From NCBI GenBank assembly GCA_001767195.1, contig MEKU01000001.1:51705-115704 (forward strand): a stretch of 64,000 bases of DNA. The letters are read 5' to 3'. This DNA is from Acidobacteria bacterium RIFCSPLOWO2_02_FULL_67_21 (lineage in GTDB: Bacteria; Acidobacteriota; Vicinamibacteria; Vicinamibacterales; UBA2999). The notes beneath the pieces were generated by a model. The model was not told where the DNA came from. It did no database searches and saw only the letters and a program-made list of their open reading frames with translations. Both the position numbers and the translations under genes were made by a program. Below, one piece after another: positions 38,970 to 48,656 of the stretch (position 1 is the first letter of the stretch; each line of letters begins with the position of its first letter).

Positions 38970-40667
38970 ATGAACCAGTCTGCCGCACCGGCGGTGTCGC
39001 CGGCGACACTCGAGGTCGTTCCGCTCGGAGGCCTCGGCGAGTTCGGCATGAACATGATGGCGGTGTCGTGGGAGGAGACGACGATCCTCATCGACGCCGG
39101 CGTGATGTTTCCCGAACCGGATCAGCTCGGTGTCGACCTGATCATTCCCGATCTCGCCTATCTGGAGTCGCGGCGCGACCGGATCAAGGCGCTCGTCCTC
39201 ACGCACGGCCACGAGGATCACATCGGCGCGGTCCCCCACGTGCTGCCGCTCTTCGACGGACCGGTGTACGGCACGGCGATGACCCTGGCACTCATCGAGC
39301 CCAAGCTCGAGGAGCACGCACTGGATGCCGGCGACCGGCTGAAAGTCGTCAAGCCGCGCGACGTCGTGTCGGTGGGGCCGTTCTCCATCGAGTTCGTCCG
39401 GGTGACGCACAGCATGCCCGACTGCGTCGCGCTGGCCATCACCACGCCGGCCGGCGTCATCGTGCACACGGGCGACTACAAGATCGATCAGACGCCGCTC
39501 GACGGCGAGCACTTCGATCTGCACCGCTTCGCCGAGCTGGGCCGCCAGGGTGTGCTCGCGCTCTTCGCCGACAGCACCAACGTCGATCGCAAGGGGTTCA
39601 CCGGCCCGGAGATCGAGGTCATCGACGCGTTCGAGGAGCTGTTCACCAGCACGCACGGCAAGCTCGTCGTCGCGACGTTCTCGTCGAGCATCTATCGGAT
39701 GCAGATCCTGGTCGACCTGGCCGTGCAGTTCGAGCGGCGGGTGGCCTTCGTCGGCCGCAGCATGATGAAGAACGCCGAGATCGCCCAGCGGCTCGGCTTT
39801 CTGCGTGTCCCGGCCGGCGTGCAGATCCGCGACGCGGACGTGCCCTCCTACGCCTCCCAGGACGTCCTCTGCATCGCCACGGGCTCGCAGGGCGAGCCTC
39901 AGGCCGCCCTGCCCCGCATCGCGATCGACGATCACCGGTTCGTCCATCTCGGCCCGGACGACACGGTCGTCTTCTCCGCCCGTCCCATTCCGGGCAACGA
40001 GAAGGCGATCGCGCGGACCATCAGCCACGTGGCCCGCCGGGGGGCCGACATCGTCACTGAATCGATCAAGCACGTGCACGTCTCCGGCCATGGAAGCGCC
40101 GAGGAGCTCAAGCTGGTGCTGTCGCTCGTCCGGCCGCGCTACTTCGTGCCGATCCATGGGGAATACCGGCAGCTGGCGCAGCATGCGCGCGAGGCGCAGC
40201 GCGTGATGGCCGGCGTCGAGCCGAAGCTGCAGGTCCTGCTGGCGGAGGACGGCGACACGATCCAGTTCGACCGGCACGGCGCCCGCATCGGCGAGAAGGC
40301 GCCGGCCGGCCGCGTCCTGATCGACGTGACGCGCATCGGCGAGGTGGGCGACGAGGTCCTTCGCGACCGGCGGCATCTGGCCGGCGACGGCGTCGTCGTC
40401 GCGGTGGTCGCGATCAACCGGCAGACCGGCGCCCTCGTCGGAGAGCCCGAGATGGTGGCCCGCGGCTTCGTCGTCGGCGAGGGAGAGGCGGCGTCGATCT
40501 TCAAGGATGCTGCGGGAGTCGTGGCCGAGTGCATCGAGACGTCGGGCGTGGAGGAGCGCACCGACCAGGGGCTCATGACAGAGAAGCTCAGGGTCGAGCT
40601 CCGCCGCTTCTTCAAGAAACGTTCGGGGCGGCGCCCGCTGGTGCTGCCCGTGCTGATGGAGATCTGA
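38970..40667 (+). CDS. rnj: ribonuclease J (beta-CASP metallo-beta-lactamase)
   Basis: 565 aa with an LTHGHEDHIGAVP motif, beta-CASP motifs and a C-terminal domain. The overall layout is that of RNase J. Confidence 0.93.
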   Translation: MNQSAAPAVSPATLEVVPLGGLGEFGMNMMAVSWEETTILIDAGVMFPEPDQLGVDLIIPDLAYLESRRDRIKALVLTHGHEDHIGAVPHVLPLFDGPVYGTAMTLALIEPKLEEHALDAGDRLKVVKPRDVVSVGPFSIEFVRVTHSMPDCVALAITTPAGVIVHTGDYKIDQTPLDGEHFDLHRFAELGRQGVLALFADSTNVDRKGFTGPEIEVIDAFEELFTSTHGKLVVATFSSSIYRMQILVDLAVQFERRVAFVGRSMMKNAEIAQRLGFLRVPAGVQIRDADVPSYASQDVLCIATGSQGEPQAALPRIAIDDHRFVHLGPDDTVVFSARPIPGNEKAIARTISHVARRGADIVTESIKHVHVSGHGSAEELKLVLSLVRPRYFVPIHGEYRQLAQHAREAQRVMAGVEPKLQVLLAEDGDTIQFDRHGARIGEKAPAGRVLIDVTRIGEVGDEVLRDRRHLAGDGVVVAVVAINRQTGALVGEPEMVARGFVVGEGEAASIFKDAAGVVAECIETSGVEERTDQGLMTEKLRVELRRFFKKRSGRRPLVLPVLMEI

Positions 40668-42967
40668 TGAGTGACTCCACGTTGTCGCGTCGGGTGAGCG
40701 AGTTTGCGGGGGTGGCGCTCTTCGCGCTGGCGCTGATCTGGCTGATCGCGCTCGTGACCTACGAGCCGACCGATCCGGTCTGGTTCTTCACGACCGACGC
40801 CGGACAGCCGCCGGCCAATTTCGTCGGCCGCGTCGGCGCGTTCCTCGCCGAGCTCTCCTTCCAGTTGTTCGGCTACACCTCGTACCTCCTGCCGGGCGCG
40901 ATTGCCACCGCGGGCTGGCACTACTTCTGGTGTCAGCCCCCCGTCGCGGCCTACACGAAGCTCGTGGGGATGGGGTTCTTCTTCGGGTGCTCCAGCGCAT
41001 TCCTCAGCCTGATCCTGGGCAGCGTGGAGGTCGGAGGCCCCTCGACAGCGCTCGGGGCAGGCCAGATGTTTCACGCCGGGGGCTCGGTCGGCAACTGGGT
41101 CGGCGCCGCGTTTTCGGAGTACCTCAATCGAACCGGATCGATCATCGCACTGATGACGCTGATGACGCTCTCCGTCATCGTGTCCACCCACTTCTCCTTC
41201 GGGTCGATGTTCGCCCGTGCCAGCCAGGAATCCCGGGACCTGTCGGCGCGCAGCGTCGGCTGGGTGAGGCTCTGGATCGAGCGCCAGCGGAAGAACCGCG
41301 AGCGGCGCGCGTCGATCGCCAAGGCAGCCCGGAAGGCCGAGGCGGCCGGCGCCAGGACCGAGACGACCGCACGGTCTGTTGCCGTAAAGGGTCCGGATTC
41401 TCCGTCTCCACGGCCCGCCGAGCGCCAGGCCCCGCCGGTGGTCGCGCGGAAGGCGCCCGAGCCGGCCGCGCCGCCGCCAGAGCCGTCGTCCAAGGCGGCG
41501 CCGCGCCGCCAGGGCACCTATACGCTGCCTCCCGTGTCGCTACTGGACGCTCCCAAGGCCGAGCGGAAGATCGACGAGCGCGAGCTGATGGAGGCCGCGC
41601 GGCAGCTCGAAGAGAAGTGCCGCGAGTTCTCCGTCGAGGGACAGGTCGCGCAGATCCATCCCGGCCCGGTCGTCACGACGTTCGAGTTCAAGCCGGAGGC
41701 CGGGGTCAAGTACAGCAAGATCACGAGCCTCGCCGAGGACCTGTGCCTCGCGATGCAGGCCGAATCGGTGCTCATCGACCGCATCCCCGGCAAGTCGACG
41801 GTCGGCATCCAGATTCCCAACCCGAATCGCGAGACGATCTCGCTCCGCGAGCTCCTCGAGTCGGACGCCTACAGCCGCTCGCTCTCCAAGCTGACACTCC
41901 TGCTCGGCAAGACGATCCACGGCGAGCCCTTTGTCACCGACCTGGCGACGATGCCGCACCTGCTGATTGCGGGGTCGACCGGCACCGGCAAGTCGGTCGG
42001 GCTCAACTCGATGCTGACGAGCATCCTGTACCGGGCCACGCCCGAGGACGTCCGGCTGATTCTCATCGACCCGAAGCGGCTGGAACTGGGGATGTACGAG
42101 GAGATCCCGCATCTGCTCACGCCGGTGGTGGTCGATCCGAAGAAGGCCGCCAACGCGCTCCGCTGGGCGGTGCACGAGATGGAGGAGCGGTACAAGACGC
42201 TGGCTGCCGCCGGCGTACGGAACATCGACCAGTACAACCGCAACATCCGGCTGGCCATGTCGGAAGCCTCGACCCAGGACCCCGAGGTGGCCAGGCCGCT
42301 GCCCTTCATCCTGGTCGTGATCGATGAGCTCGCCGACCTGATGATGGTGGCGAGCAACGAGGTCGAGGAATCGATCGCGAGGCTGGCGCAGATGGCCCGC
42401 GCCGTCGGGATCCACCTGATCCTCGCGACCCAGAGGCCGTCGGTCGACGTGATCACGGGCCTCATCAAGGCCAATTTGCCGGCGCGGATCTCCTTCCGGG
42501 TCTCGTCGAAAACCGATTCCCGCACGATTCTCGACGGCAACGGCGCCGAGCAGCTGCTCGGACGGGGGGACATGCTCTTCCTCCCGCCCGCCTCCTCGCG
42601 ATACATCCGGCTCCACGGCCCGTACATCTCCGAGCAGGAGAGCGCGCGGCTGGCCAGCTTCCTGCGCAAGCAGGGCAAGCCGGTGTTCAACGAATCGATC
42701 ACCGCCGAAGAAGAAACGGCGGGGCCGGGCGGACTCGAATTCGAGAAGGACGAGCTGTACGACGAGGCGTCGCGCATCGTGGTCAGCACGGGGCAGGCGT
42801 CAATCTCCTACCTGCAGCGCAAGCTCCGCATCGGCTTCAGCCGCGCCGCACGCCTGGTGGACATGATGGAGGCCGACGGCCTCGTCTCGACCGGCACGGG
42901 CGGCAAGCCGCGCGAGGTGCTCGTCGACCGCGGCTACTTCGAGGAGGTGGATGCGCAGCTTCGCTAG
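40667..42967 (+). CDS. ftsK: DNA translocase FtsK/SpoIIIE
   Basis: ATG at 40667 overlaps the rnj stop (TGATG). It has N-terminal TM segments, a Pro/Ala-rich linker, a motor domain (GSTGTGKSVGLNSM, VVIDELADLMM) and a gamma winged helix (ASISYLQRKLRIGFSRAARLVDMME). Confidence 0.95.
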   Translation: MSDSTLSRRVSEFAGVALFALALIWLIALVTYEPTDPVWFFTTDAGQPPANFVGRVGAFLAELSFQLFGYTSYLLPGAIATAGWHYFWCQPPVAAYTKLVGMGFFFGCSSAFLSLILGSVEVGGPSTALGAGQMFHAGGSVGNWVGAAFSEYLNRTGSIIALMTLMTLSVIVSTHFSFGSMFARASQESRDLSARSVGWVRLWIERQRKNRERRASIAKAARKAEAAGARTETTARSVAVKGPDSPSPRPAERQAPPVVARKAPEPAAPPPEPSSKAAPRRQGTYTLPPVSLLDAPKAERKIDERELMEAARQLEEKCREFSVEGQVAQIHPGPVVTTFEFKPEAGVKYSKITSLAEDLCLAMQAESVLIDRIPGKSTVGIQIPNPNRETISLRELLESDAYSRSLSKLTLLLGKTIHGEPFVTDLATMPHLLIAGSTGTGKSVGLNSMLTSILYRATPEDVRLILIDPKRLELGMYEEIPHLLTPVVVDPKKAANALRWAVHEMEERYKTLAAAGVRNIDQYNRNIRLAMSEASTQDPEVARPLPFILVVIDELADLMMVASNEVEESIARLAQMARAVGIHLILATQRPSVDVITGLIKANLPARISFRVSSKTDSRTILDGNGAEQLLGRGDMLFLPPASSRYIRLHGPYISEQESARLASFLRKQGKPVFNESITAEEETAGPGGLEFEKDELYDEASRIVVSTGQASISYLQRKLRIGFSRAARLVDMMEADGLVSTGTGGKPREVLVDRGYFEEVDAQLR

Positions 42968-44597
42968 CGCGCTCCTCGTCCTCGTCGTGGCCGCCGGCGG
43001 CGTCCAGGCCCAGGACGCCGCCGTGCAGTACGGGGATCTGCTCACCCGTGAGCGGGAGCTCCGCCGCGAGCTCGACCTGGCGCCGCAGCTCCGCGCGCAG
43101 CCGCCGGGCGAGGCCACGGCAGCCCTGCTGCGCCGCGTCCGCACGGCGGTCGAGAGCTACGAGGCGCTGGCGCGCCGCTTTCCGCGCAGCGGCTACAGCG
43201 ACAACGCACTCTGGCAGGCGGCCGTCCTCGCCGCCGATGCCTACTGGCAGTTCGGCGATTCCCGCGACCGGGCCACCGCGCTGCGGCTCTTCGAGCTGTT
43301 GAAGTCGCAGTTCCCCACGAGCTCCCTCGTCGCCCGCATCGGCGACCAGGCCACGCGGCTCGAGGGCGCCACCACTGCGGCCGGGGGCTCGACGCTCAAG
43401 GCGATCCGGCGCGACGTGCTTCCCGACGCGCTCCGCATCACACTGGAGCTCGAGCGCGAAGCGGTGTTTCACGACGAGCGGCTCGACGGTCCGCCGCGGG
43501 TGTTCGTCGATCTGCGCAACACGCAGGTCGTCGACGCGCTGAAGGACGCCTCGATCCCGTTCCCGGACGACGTCGTGCGGCAGGCGCGGATCGGACGGCA
43601 GCCCGACCACCGCACGCGCGTCGTCTTCGACCTCCAGGACGCGGCCCGGTACAGCGTCTACTCGCTCTACAACCCCTACCGGCTCGTCATCGACTTCGAG
43701 CGGAGCGCCGGAGCCGGCACCCTCCAGGCCGCGGCGCCCGCGGGCGACCCGCCTGCGCCTCCGGATCCGCCGGCAGCACCGGCTGCCCGCCCCGCGGTCG
43801 CGCCTGCCAGGAGCACCCCCGCTCAGCCCCCGGCCTCTCCGCCGGCGTCAGCGGCCGCCAACAGCCGCGGCGGGTTCTCGCTGTCGCGCCAGCTCGGGCT
43901 CGGGATCGCGCGGATTGTCATCGATCCGGGGCACGGAGGGCACGACCCGGGCGCCCAGGTGCGCGGTCTGAATGAGGCCGAGCTGGTGCTCGACCTCGCA
44001 CAACGTCTCGAAAGGCTGCTACTGAAGGAGCCGGGCGTCGAGGTGGTGCTGACGCGCCGCACCAATGCGTACGTGTCACTCGAGGAGCGCACGGCGCTCG
44101 CCAACCGTTCGGGCGCCGACCTCTTTCTCTCGATCCACGCGAATGCGAGCGGGAACGCCGCCGTCCGCGGCTTCGAGACCTACTTTCTGAACTTCGCGCC
44201 GAACCCCGAGGCCGAGGCGATTGCCGCGCGCGAAAACGCCGGCTCGTCGCGAACGATGGGCAACCTGCCAGACCTCGTGAAAGCCATCACGCTCAACAAC
44301 AAGCTTGATGAGTCGCGCGACTTCGCCGCGATGCTGCAGCAGTCGCTGTCCGAGCGGCTCCGGCGCGCCGACCGCAACGCGCGGAACCTCGGCGTGAAGC
44401 AGGCGCCCTTCATGGTGCTCGTGGGCGCCACGATGCCAAGCGCGCTGGCGGAGGTCTCGTTTCTGACCAACCGCGAGGAGGCCGCGCTCCTCGAGACCGC
44501 GAGCTACCGGCAGCAGCTCGCGGAAGCGCTCTTTGCCGGCATCCTCAAGTATCAGCAGTCGCTGAAGGCCGCTCCAGCGCGGGTGGCGACCCAATAG
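42951..44597 (+). CDS. N-acetylmuramoyl-L-alanine amidase (Amidase_3) with AMIN domain
   Basis: 548 aa with a signal peptide and a TPR/YbgF-like N-terminal region. An AMIN-like segment follows (LRITLELEREAVFHDERLDGPPRVFVDL), then the C-terminal amidase (VIDPGHGGHDPGA ... SIHANA ... ALAEVSFLTN). Confidence 0.9.
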   Translation: MRSFASALLVLVVAAGGVQAQDAAVQYGDLLTRERELRRELDLAPQLRAQPPGEATAALLRRVRTAVESYEALARRFPRSGYSDNALWQAAVLAADAYWQFGDSRDRATALRLFELLKSQFPTSSLVARIGDQATRLEGATTAAGGSTLKAIRRDVLPDALRITLELEREAVFHDERLDGPPRVFVDLRNTQVVDALKDASIPFPDDVVRQARIGRQPDHRTRVVFDLQDAARYSVYSLYNPYRLVIDFERSAGAGTLQAAAPAGDPPAPPDPPAAPAARPAVAPARSTPAQPPASPPASAAANSRGGFSLSRQLGLGIARIVIDPGHGGHDPGAQVRGLNEAELVLDLAQRLERLLLKEPGVEVVLTRRTNAYVSLEERTALANRSGADLFLSIHANASGNAAVRGFETYFLNFAPNPEAEAIAARENAGSSRTMGNLPDLVKAITLNNKLDESRDFAAMLQQSLSERLRRADRNARNLGVKQAPFMVLVGATMPSALAEVSFLTNREEAALLETASYRQQLAEALFAGILKYQQSLKAAPARVATQ

Positions 44598-44629
44598 CGC
44601 CAAAGTGCCTGAAGTGCCATATCAGAAGC

Positions 44630-44719
44630 GGTTTCATAACCGACGTAGTGCCCGGCTTTAGCCGGGCTGAAGCCCGGCACTACGTACGAATTGGTGCCGG
44701 TGACCGGGGTTATGAAACC
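44630..44719. repeat. composite REP-like palindrome (three-arm GCCCGGC/GCCGGGC hairpin nested in GGTTTCATAACC / GGTTATGAAACC)
   Basis: GGTTTCATAACC ... CGTAGTG CCCGGC-TTTA-GCCGGGC-TGAA-GCCCGGC ACTACGTACG ... GGTTATGAAACC. Same family as 54351-54378. It lies between convergent genes. Confidence 0.85.
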
Positions 44720-44723
44720 GGTT

Positions 44724-44966
44724 CTAGGCACTCCAGATCCGGAGCCTGACGTGTTCCGTCTCGTTGGTCGCCGGCGCCTTGACGTCCCGCAGCCGCCGGA
44801 TGCCGATGAAGATGGCGCCCGCGATGAGGCCGCCGACGGCGGCAATCAGCAGCACCACCCCGACGGTGGCGAACATCGTCAGGATGTACTCGACACTGAT
44901 GTCGCGCGCCGGCTGCGGCTGCTTGACGACGTCGACGATGATGGGCGCCTGAAGAACGGAGAGCAC
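44724..44966 (-). CDS. hypothetical small membrane protein
   Basis: 80 aa with one strong TM helix (FATVGVVLLIAAVGGLIAGAIFIGI). It sits directly downstream of pepA. No family recognised. Confidence 0.4.
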   Translation of the reverse strand: MLSVLQAPIIVDVVKQPQPARDISVEYILTMFATVGVVLLIAAVGGLIAGAIFIGIRRLRDVKAPATNETEHVRLRIWSA

Positions 44967-44972
44967 GTCCGA

Positions 44973-46487
44973 TTACAGCTTACCCCACGTGTCGACACCG
45001 AGTGCCAGCTCGACGAGGGTGCGGACGGCGACGCCGGTGGCGCCCTTCGGCTGGTACGGCTTGGCGTCTTCGGCCCACGCGGTGCCGGCGATGTCCATGT
45101 GGACCCAGGGCAGGTCGCCTGCGAATTCCTTCACGAACAGCGCGCCGGTAATCGCGCCGCCCGCGCGGCCCCCGGTGTTGGCGAAGTCGGCGATCTCGCT
45201 CTTGAAGAGCTCCTTGTAGTCGTCGAAGACCGGCATCGGCCACGACCGGTCGCCCGCGCGCTCGCTCGCCCGGCGCACCTGCTCCACCCATGAATCGGGC
45301 GTGCCGAAAAGCCCCGTGGTCGTCTTGCCCAGCGCCACCACGCATGCGCCGGTCAGGGTGGCCACGTCCACGAGATGCGTGACGCCGAGGCTGCGGGCGT
45401 ACCAGAGCGCGTCGCCGAGCACCAGCCGTCCCTCGGCATCCGTGTTCAGCACCTCCACGGTCTTGCCGTCGGCGCTCGCGAGCACGTCGCCCGGCTTGAA
45501 CGCCCGGCCGCCCGGCATGTTCTCCGTCATCGGGATCACCCCGACGCACCGGACCGGCGCCTGCAGGCGCGAGACGGCCGACATCGCCGCCAGCACCGCG
45601 GCGCCGCCCGACATGTCGTCCTTCATTTTGTCCATGTTCTCGGCCGGCTTGATGGAGATGCCGCCGGCGTCGAACGTAATCCCCTTGCCGATGAGACCGA
45701 GGACGGGGGCGCCGGGCGCCCCGGCCGGCTGATGCCGCAGCACGACGACCCGGGGCGGTTCCTGGCTGCCGCGCGCCACGCCGAGCAGCAGGCCCATGTT
45801 CAGCTCGGCAATGCGCGCCTCGTCGAGGACGTCCACCGTCAGCCCGGCCGCGGCCGCCACGGCGGCCGCGCGCTCCGCAAATACCCGTGGCGTCAGCGTA
45901 TTGCCCGGCTCGTTGGCGAGCTCCCGCGCGAGGTTGGTGCACTCCCCGAGCACCTGCCCCCGCTCCAGGCCGCGCTTCACGGCCGCGGCGTCGCCAGTGA
46001 CACGCAGCGTCACCGACTCGAGCCACACGCGCGGAGGATCCGTCGTGCGATAGGAGGCGCCGTCGAAATTGCCCACAATCGCGCCCTCGGCCAGCACCTG
46101 CGCGGCGCGCCCGGCATCAACGCCCGTATCCCGCCGATCGATGATGGCCATGCGCGTGACCCCGCGCTGGCGGGCTGCGAGCGCGCCGGTCGTCGCGGCG
46201 CGCCGGAGCCGGTCGTCGGTAAAGTCCTTCCGGGACCCCAGCCCGACGAGCGCGACGCGCGGGGCCTTCCAGCCGCGCACGGCCGTGAAGAACAGCTCGA
46301 ACGGCTTGGCCTTGAACTCGCCCCGCGCGCGCGCGGCGGCCACTTCCCCACCCGACGCGGAGTCGAGCTCCGCCTCATCCTGCAGCGTGTCGTCCTCGAA
46401 AATGGGGATGATGAGAAGCTCGGTTTGAATGTCTCTGGACGTTGTCGCGACGACGGCGATCGCCGGCGTCCGGTGCACGGTCTGCAT
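44973..46487 (-). CDS. pepA: leucyl aminopeptidase (M17)
   Basis: The internal ATG at 46487 gives MQTVHRTPAIAVVATT.... The M17 catalytic domain is present (GKGITFDAGGISIKP, NTDAEGRLVLGDAL, HMDIAGTAW). The longer ORF start at 46559 would overlap the divergent gene. Confidence 0.93.
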   Translation of the reverse strand: MQTVHRTPAIAVVATTSRDIQTELLIIPIFEDDTLQDEAELDSASGGEVAAARARGEFKAKPFELFFTAVRGWKAPRVALVGLGSRKDFTDDRLRRAATTGALAARQRGVTRMAIIDRRDTGVDAGRAAQVLAEGAIVGNFDGASYRTTDPPRVWLESVTLRVTGDAAAVKRGLERGQVLGECTNLARELANEPGNTLTPRVFAERAAAVAAAAGLTVDVLDEARIAELNMGLLLGVARGSQEPPRVVVLRHQPAGAPGAPVLGLIGKGITFDAGGISIKPAENMDKMKDDMSGGAAVLAAMSAVSRLQAPVRCVGVIPMTENMPGGRAFKPGDVLASADGKTVEVLNTDAEGRLVLGDALWYARSLGVTHLVDVATLTGACVVALGKTTTGLFGTPDSWVEQVRRASERAGDRSWPMPVFDDYKELFKSEIADFANTGGRAGGAITGALFVKEFAGDLPWVHMDIAGTAWAEDAKPYQPKGATGVAVRTLVELALGVDTWGKL

Positions 46488-46550
46488 CGACTCTGCCCGT
46501 TCCCTTCTCGCAGCGTCCCTCTTGAAATCCGCGTTAGAATCGAGCTTAGT

Positions 46551-46994
46551 ATGACGCAATCCCGCGGCCTGCGTTGCACGCGGGCCGCCGCGGCGGCCGC
46601 GATCGTATCGCTCGGCTTCGCCGTGGACGCGCAGCAGCCGGACGCCAGGAAGCCCTCGGTGTCGCTGCGGGCGACACCCCCGATGGGCTTTTCGCCGCTA
46701 CGGGTGCGCACGACGGTTGACATCCGCGACGGCAGCGACGACTTCGCGGATTTCTACTGCCCGACGATCGAATGGGACTGGGGCGACGGCACCATCTCCG
46801 AGAATTCCGGCGACTGCAATCCGTACGAGGCCGGCAAGAGCAGCATCCAGCGCCGGTTCACGGCCGAGCACACGTATCGTATGGGCGGCTCGTACCGCGT
46901 CGTCTTCCGGATGAAGCAGAAGTCGAAGCTCGTCGGCAGCGCGACGGCCAGCGTGCAGGTCCGGTCGGGAGCGGGCGAAGGCTTTGGGAGGTGA
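46551..46994 (+). CDS. secreted PKD-like beta-sandwich domain protein
   Basis: ATG at 46551 in the frame of ORF 45375..46994. It has a signal peptide (AAAAAAIVSLGFAVDAQ) and PKD-like motifs (PLRVRTTVDI...WDWGDGT...HTYRMGGSYRVVF). Confidence 0.6.
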   Translation: MTQSRGLRCTRAAAAAAIVSLGFAVDAQQPDARKPSVSLRATPPMGFSPLRVRTTVDIRDGSDDFADFYCPTIEWDWGDGTISENSGDCNPYEAGKSSIQRRFTAEHTYRMGGSYRVVFRMKQKSKLVGSATASVQVRSGAGEGFGR

Positions 46995-47478
46995 CGCGGC
47001 GGTCGATGTCGACGCCGTGATGGCCGACCTGCACGGCCGCGTCCGTGAGCGCCTCCGGCGGCAGCTCGCGGACCGAACCCCCGCGTTCGAAGACCGGCAG
47101 CTCTTTGCCGAGGTCGAGGCCATCCTGCGGGCGGCCTCGACCACCCCCGACACGGCCAGGCTCATCCTGCCCGAGCTGCTCGGCGAGCCCGACACCTGGC
47201 GGCTCACGACGAGCCTCCGGTACCAGTCGCATCGCGGCCAGGCCGCCGCATCGCTCTTCATGTTCGTCAAGCGCCGGCTGCTCATGCCGCTGATGCGGTG
47301 GCTCTACGAGTACAGCCGCGACAACTTCGAGCGGCAGCGGCGGACCAATCACGTGCTCTTTGCCTGCCTGCAGGAGCTGGCGCTCGAGACGGCGCTGCTG
47401 CGGCGCGACCTGAACCGCCTCGCGGCCTCGCTGCCGGCGGCGCGCCCCGACCCCCCTCATCCCACGCCGGAGCGGTGA
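46984..47478 (+). CDS. hypothetical protein (start uncertain)
   Basis: 164 aa predicted to be helical, overlapping both neighbours (PKD-like gene and GT4). Alternative starts are GTG 47017 and ATG 47020. No family recognised. Confidence 0.45.
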   Translation: MGGDAAVDVDAVMADLHGRVRERLRRQLADRTPAFEDRQLFAEVEAILRAASTTPDTARLILPELLGEPDTWRLTTSLRYQSHRGQAAASLFMFVKRRLLMPLMRWLYEYSRDNFERQRRTNHVLFACLQELALETALLRRDLNRLAASLPAARPDPPHPTPER

Positions 47479-48656
47479 AGCTCGCTTTCGTCGTCCAGCG
47501 GTACGGCGCCGGGATCGCCGGCGGATCCGAGGGACATTGCCGCGGGCTGGCCGAGCGCCTCTCCGCCCGCCACGACATCACGGTGCTGACGACCTGCGCC
47601 ACCGACTACGTGACCTGGGACAACGCGCTGCCGGCGGGGCACTCGGTCGAGCGCAGCGTTCCGGTGATCCGGTTTCCTGTTGCGCGTTCCCGCCGCATGA
47701 AGGTGTTTGCAGACCTCAGCGACGAAGTGTTCGACGGCGGCGCGTCCCGCGACCGCCAGCAGGAGTGGTTCCGCGAGAACGGGCCGGAGGCGCCGGCGCT
47801 GCTGGACTTCCTGCGCGATCATGGCCGCGAGTTCGATCTGGTGGTCTTCTGGACCTACCGCTACTACCAGTCGTACTTCGGTCTTCCGCTCGTGGCCGAC
47901 CGAGCCGTCCTCGTGCCGACCGCCGAAGAGGATGCCGCCATCAACCTCGACGTGCTGCCGGATTTTTTCGACAAGCCGGCGGGGTATCTCTTCCTGACAC
48001 CTGAAGAGGAGCAGCTCGTGTCGAGCCGCGCGTATCGTCCGCTGCGGCCGTCGGCCGTTGCCGGCATCGGGCTCGAGCCGGCACCAATCGGCCGGACGCC
48101 GCGGGCGCCGCTCGAGTCACTGGGCATCCCGCACAAGTACCTGCTCTATCTGGGCCGCGTCGACAAGAACAAGGGGTGCGACGCGCTGCTGGAGAGCTTC
48201 CAGGAGTACGCCGCCAGCCGCCCGGACGTGACGCTCGTGCTGGCCGGTCCGGCCAAGATACAGATTCCCGCCCATCGTCAGATTCGCGCGCTCGGCTACG
48301 TGTCCAACGAGGTCCGGGAGGCGCTGCTTGCGCACGCCCGCGCGCTCGTCGTGCCGTCGTGGTACGAGAGCCTCAGCATCGTGCTGCTCGAAGCATGGAA
48401 TTTCGCGGTGCCGGCGCTCGTCAACGGACGCTGCAAGGTGCTGGCGGGACAGGTGTCGCGCGCGAACGGCGGCCTCTACTACATGTTTCCGGCCGAGTTC
48501 GACGAGGCCGCCGACTATCTGCTCAACAAGGAGACCGAGCGGGATGCGCTCGGACGTCAAGGGCTCGCCTACATCGACAGGGAGTACCGGTGGCCGACCG
48601 TGCTGGCCCGGGTGGAGCGACTGTTGGAGGAGGTACGGAGGACACGCCATCGATGA
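47475..48656 (+). CDS. glycosyltransferase family 4 (GT-B, GT1/GT4 type)
   Basis: GTG at 47475 overlaps the upstream stop (GTGA). N-terminus KLAFVVQRYGAGIAGGSEGHCRGLAERL, C-terminal E-x7-E region (PSWYESLSIVLLEAWNFAVPALV). Confidence 0.87.
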   Translation: MKLAFVVQRYGAGIAGGSEGHCRGLAERLSARHDITVLTTCATDYVTWDNALPAGHSVERSVPVIRFPVARSRRMKVFADLSDEVFDGGASRDRQQEWFRENGPEAPALLDFLRDHGREFDLVVFWTYRYYQSYFGLPLVADRAVLVPTAEEDAAINLDVLPDFFDKPAGYLFLTPEEEQLVSSRAYRPLRPSAVAGIGLEPAPIGRTPRAPLESLGIPHKYLLYLGRVDKNKGCDALLESFQEYAASRPDVTLVLAGPAKIQIPAHRQIRALGYVSNEVREALLAHARALVVPSWYESLSIVLLEAWNFAVPALVNGRCKVLAGQVSRANGGLYYMFPAEFDEAADYLLNKETERDALGRQGLAYIDREYRWPTVLARVERLLEEVRRTRHR

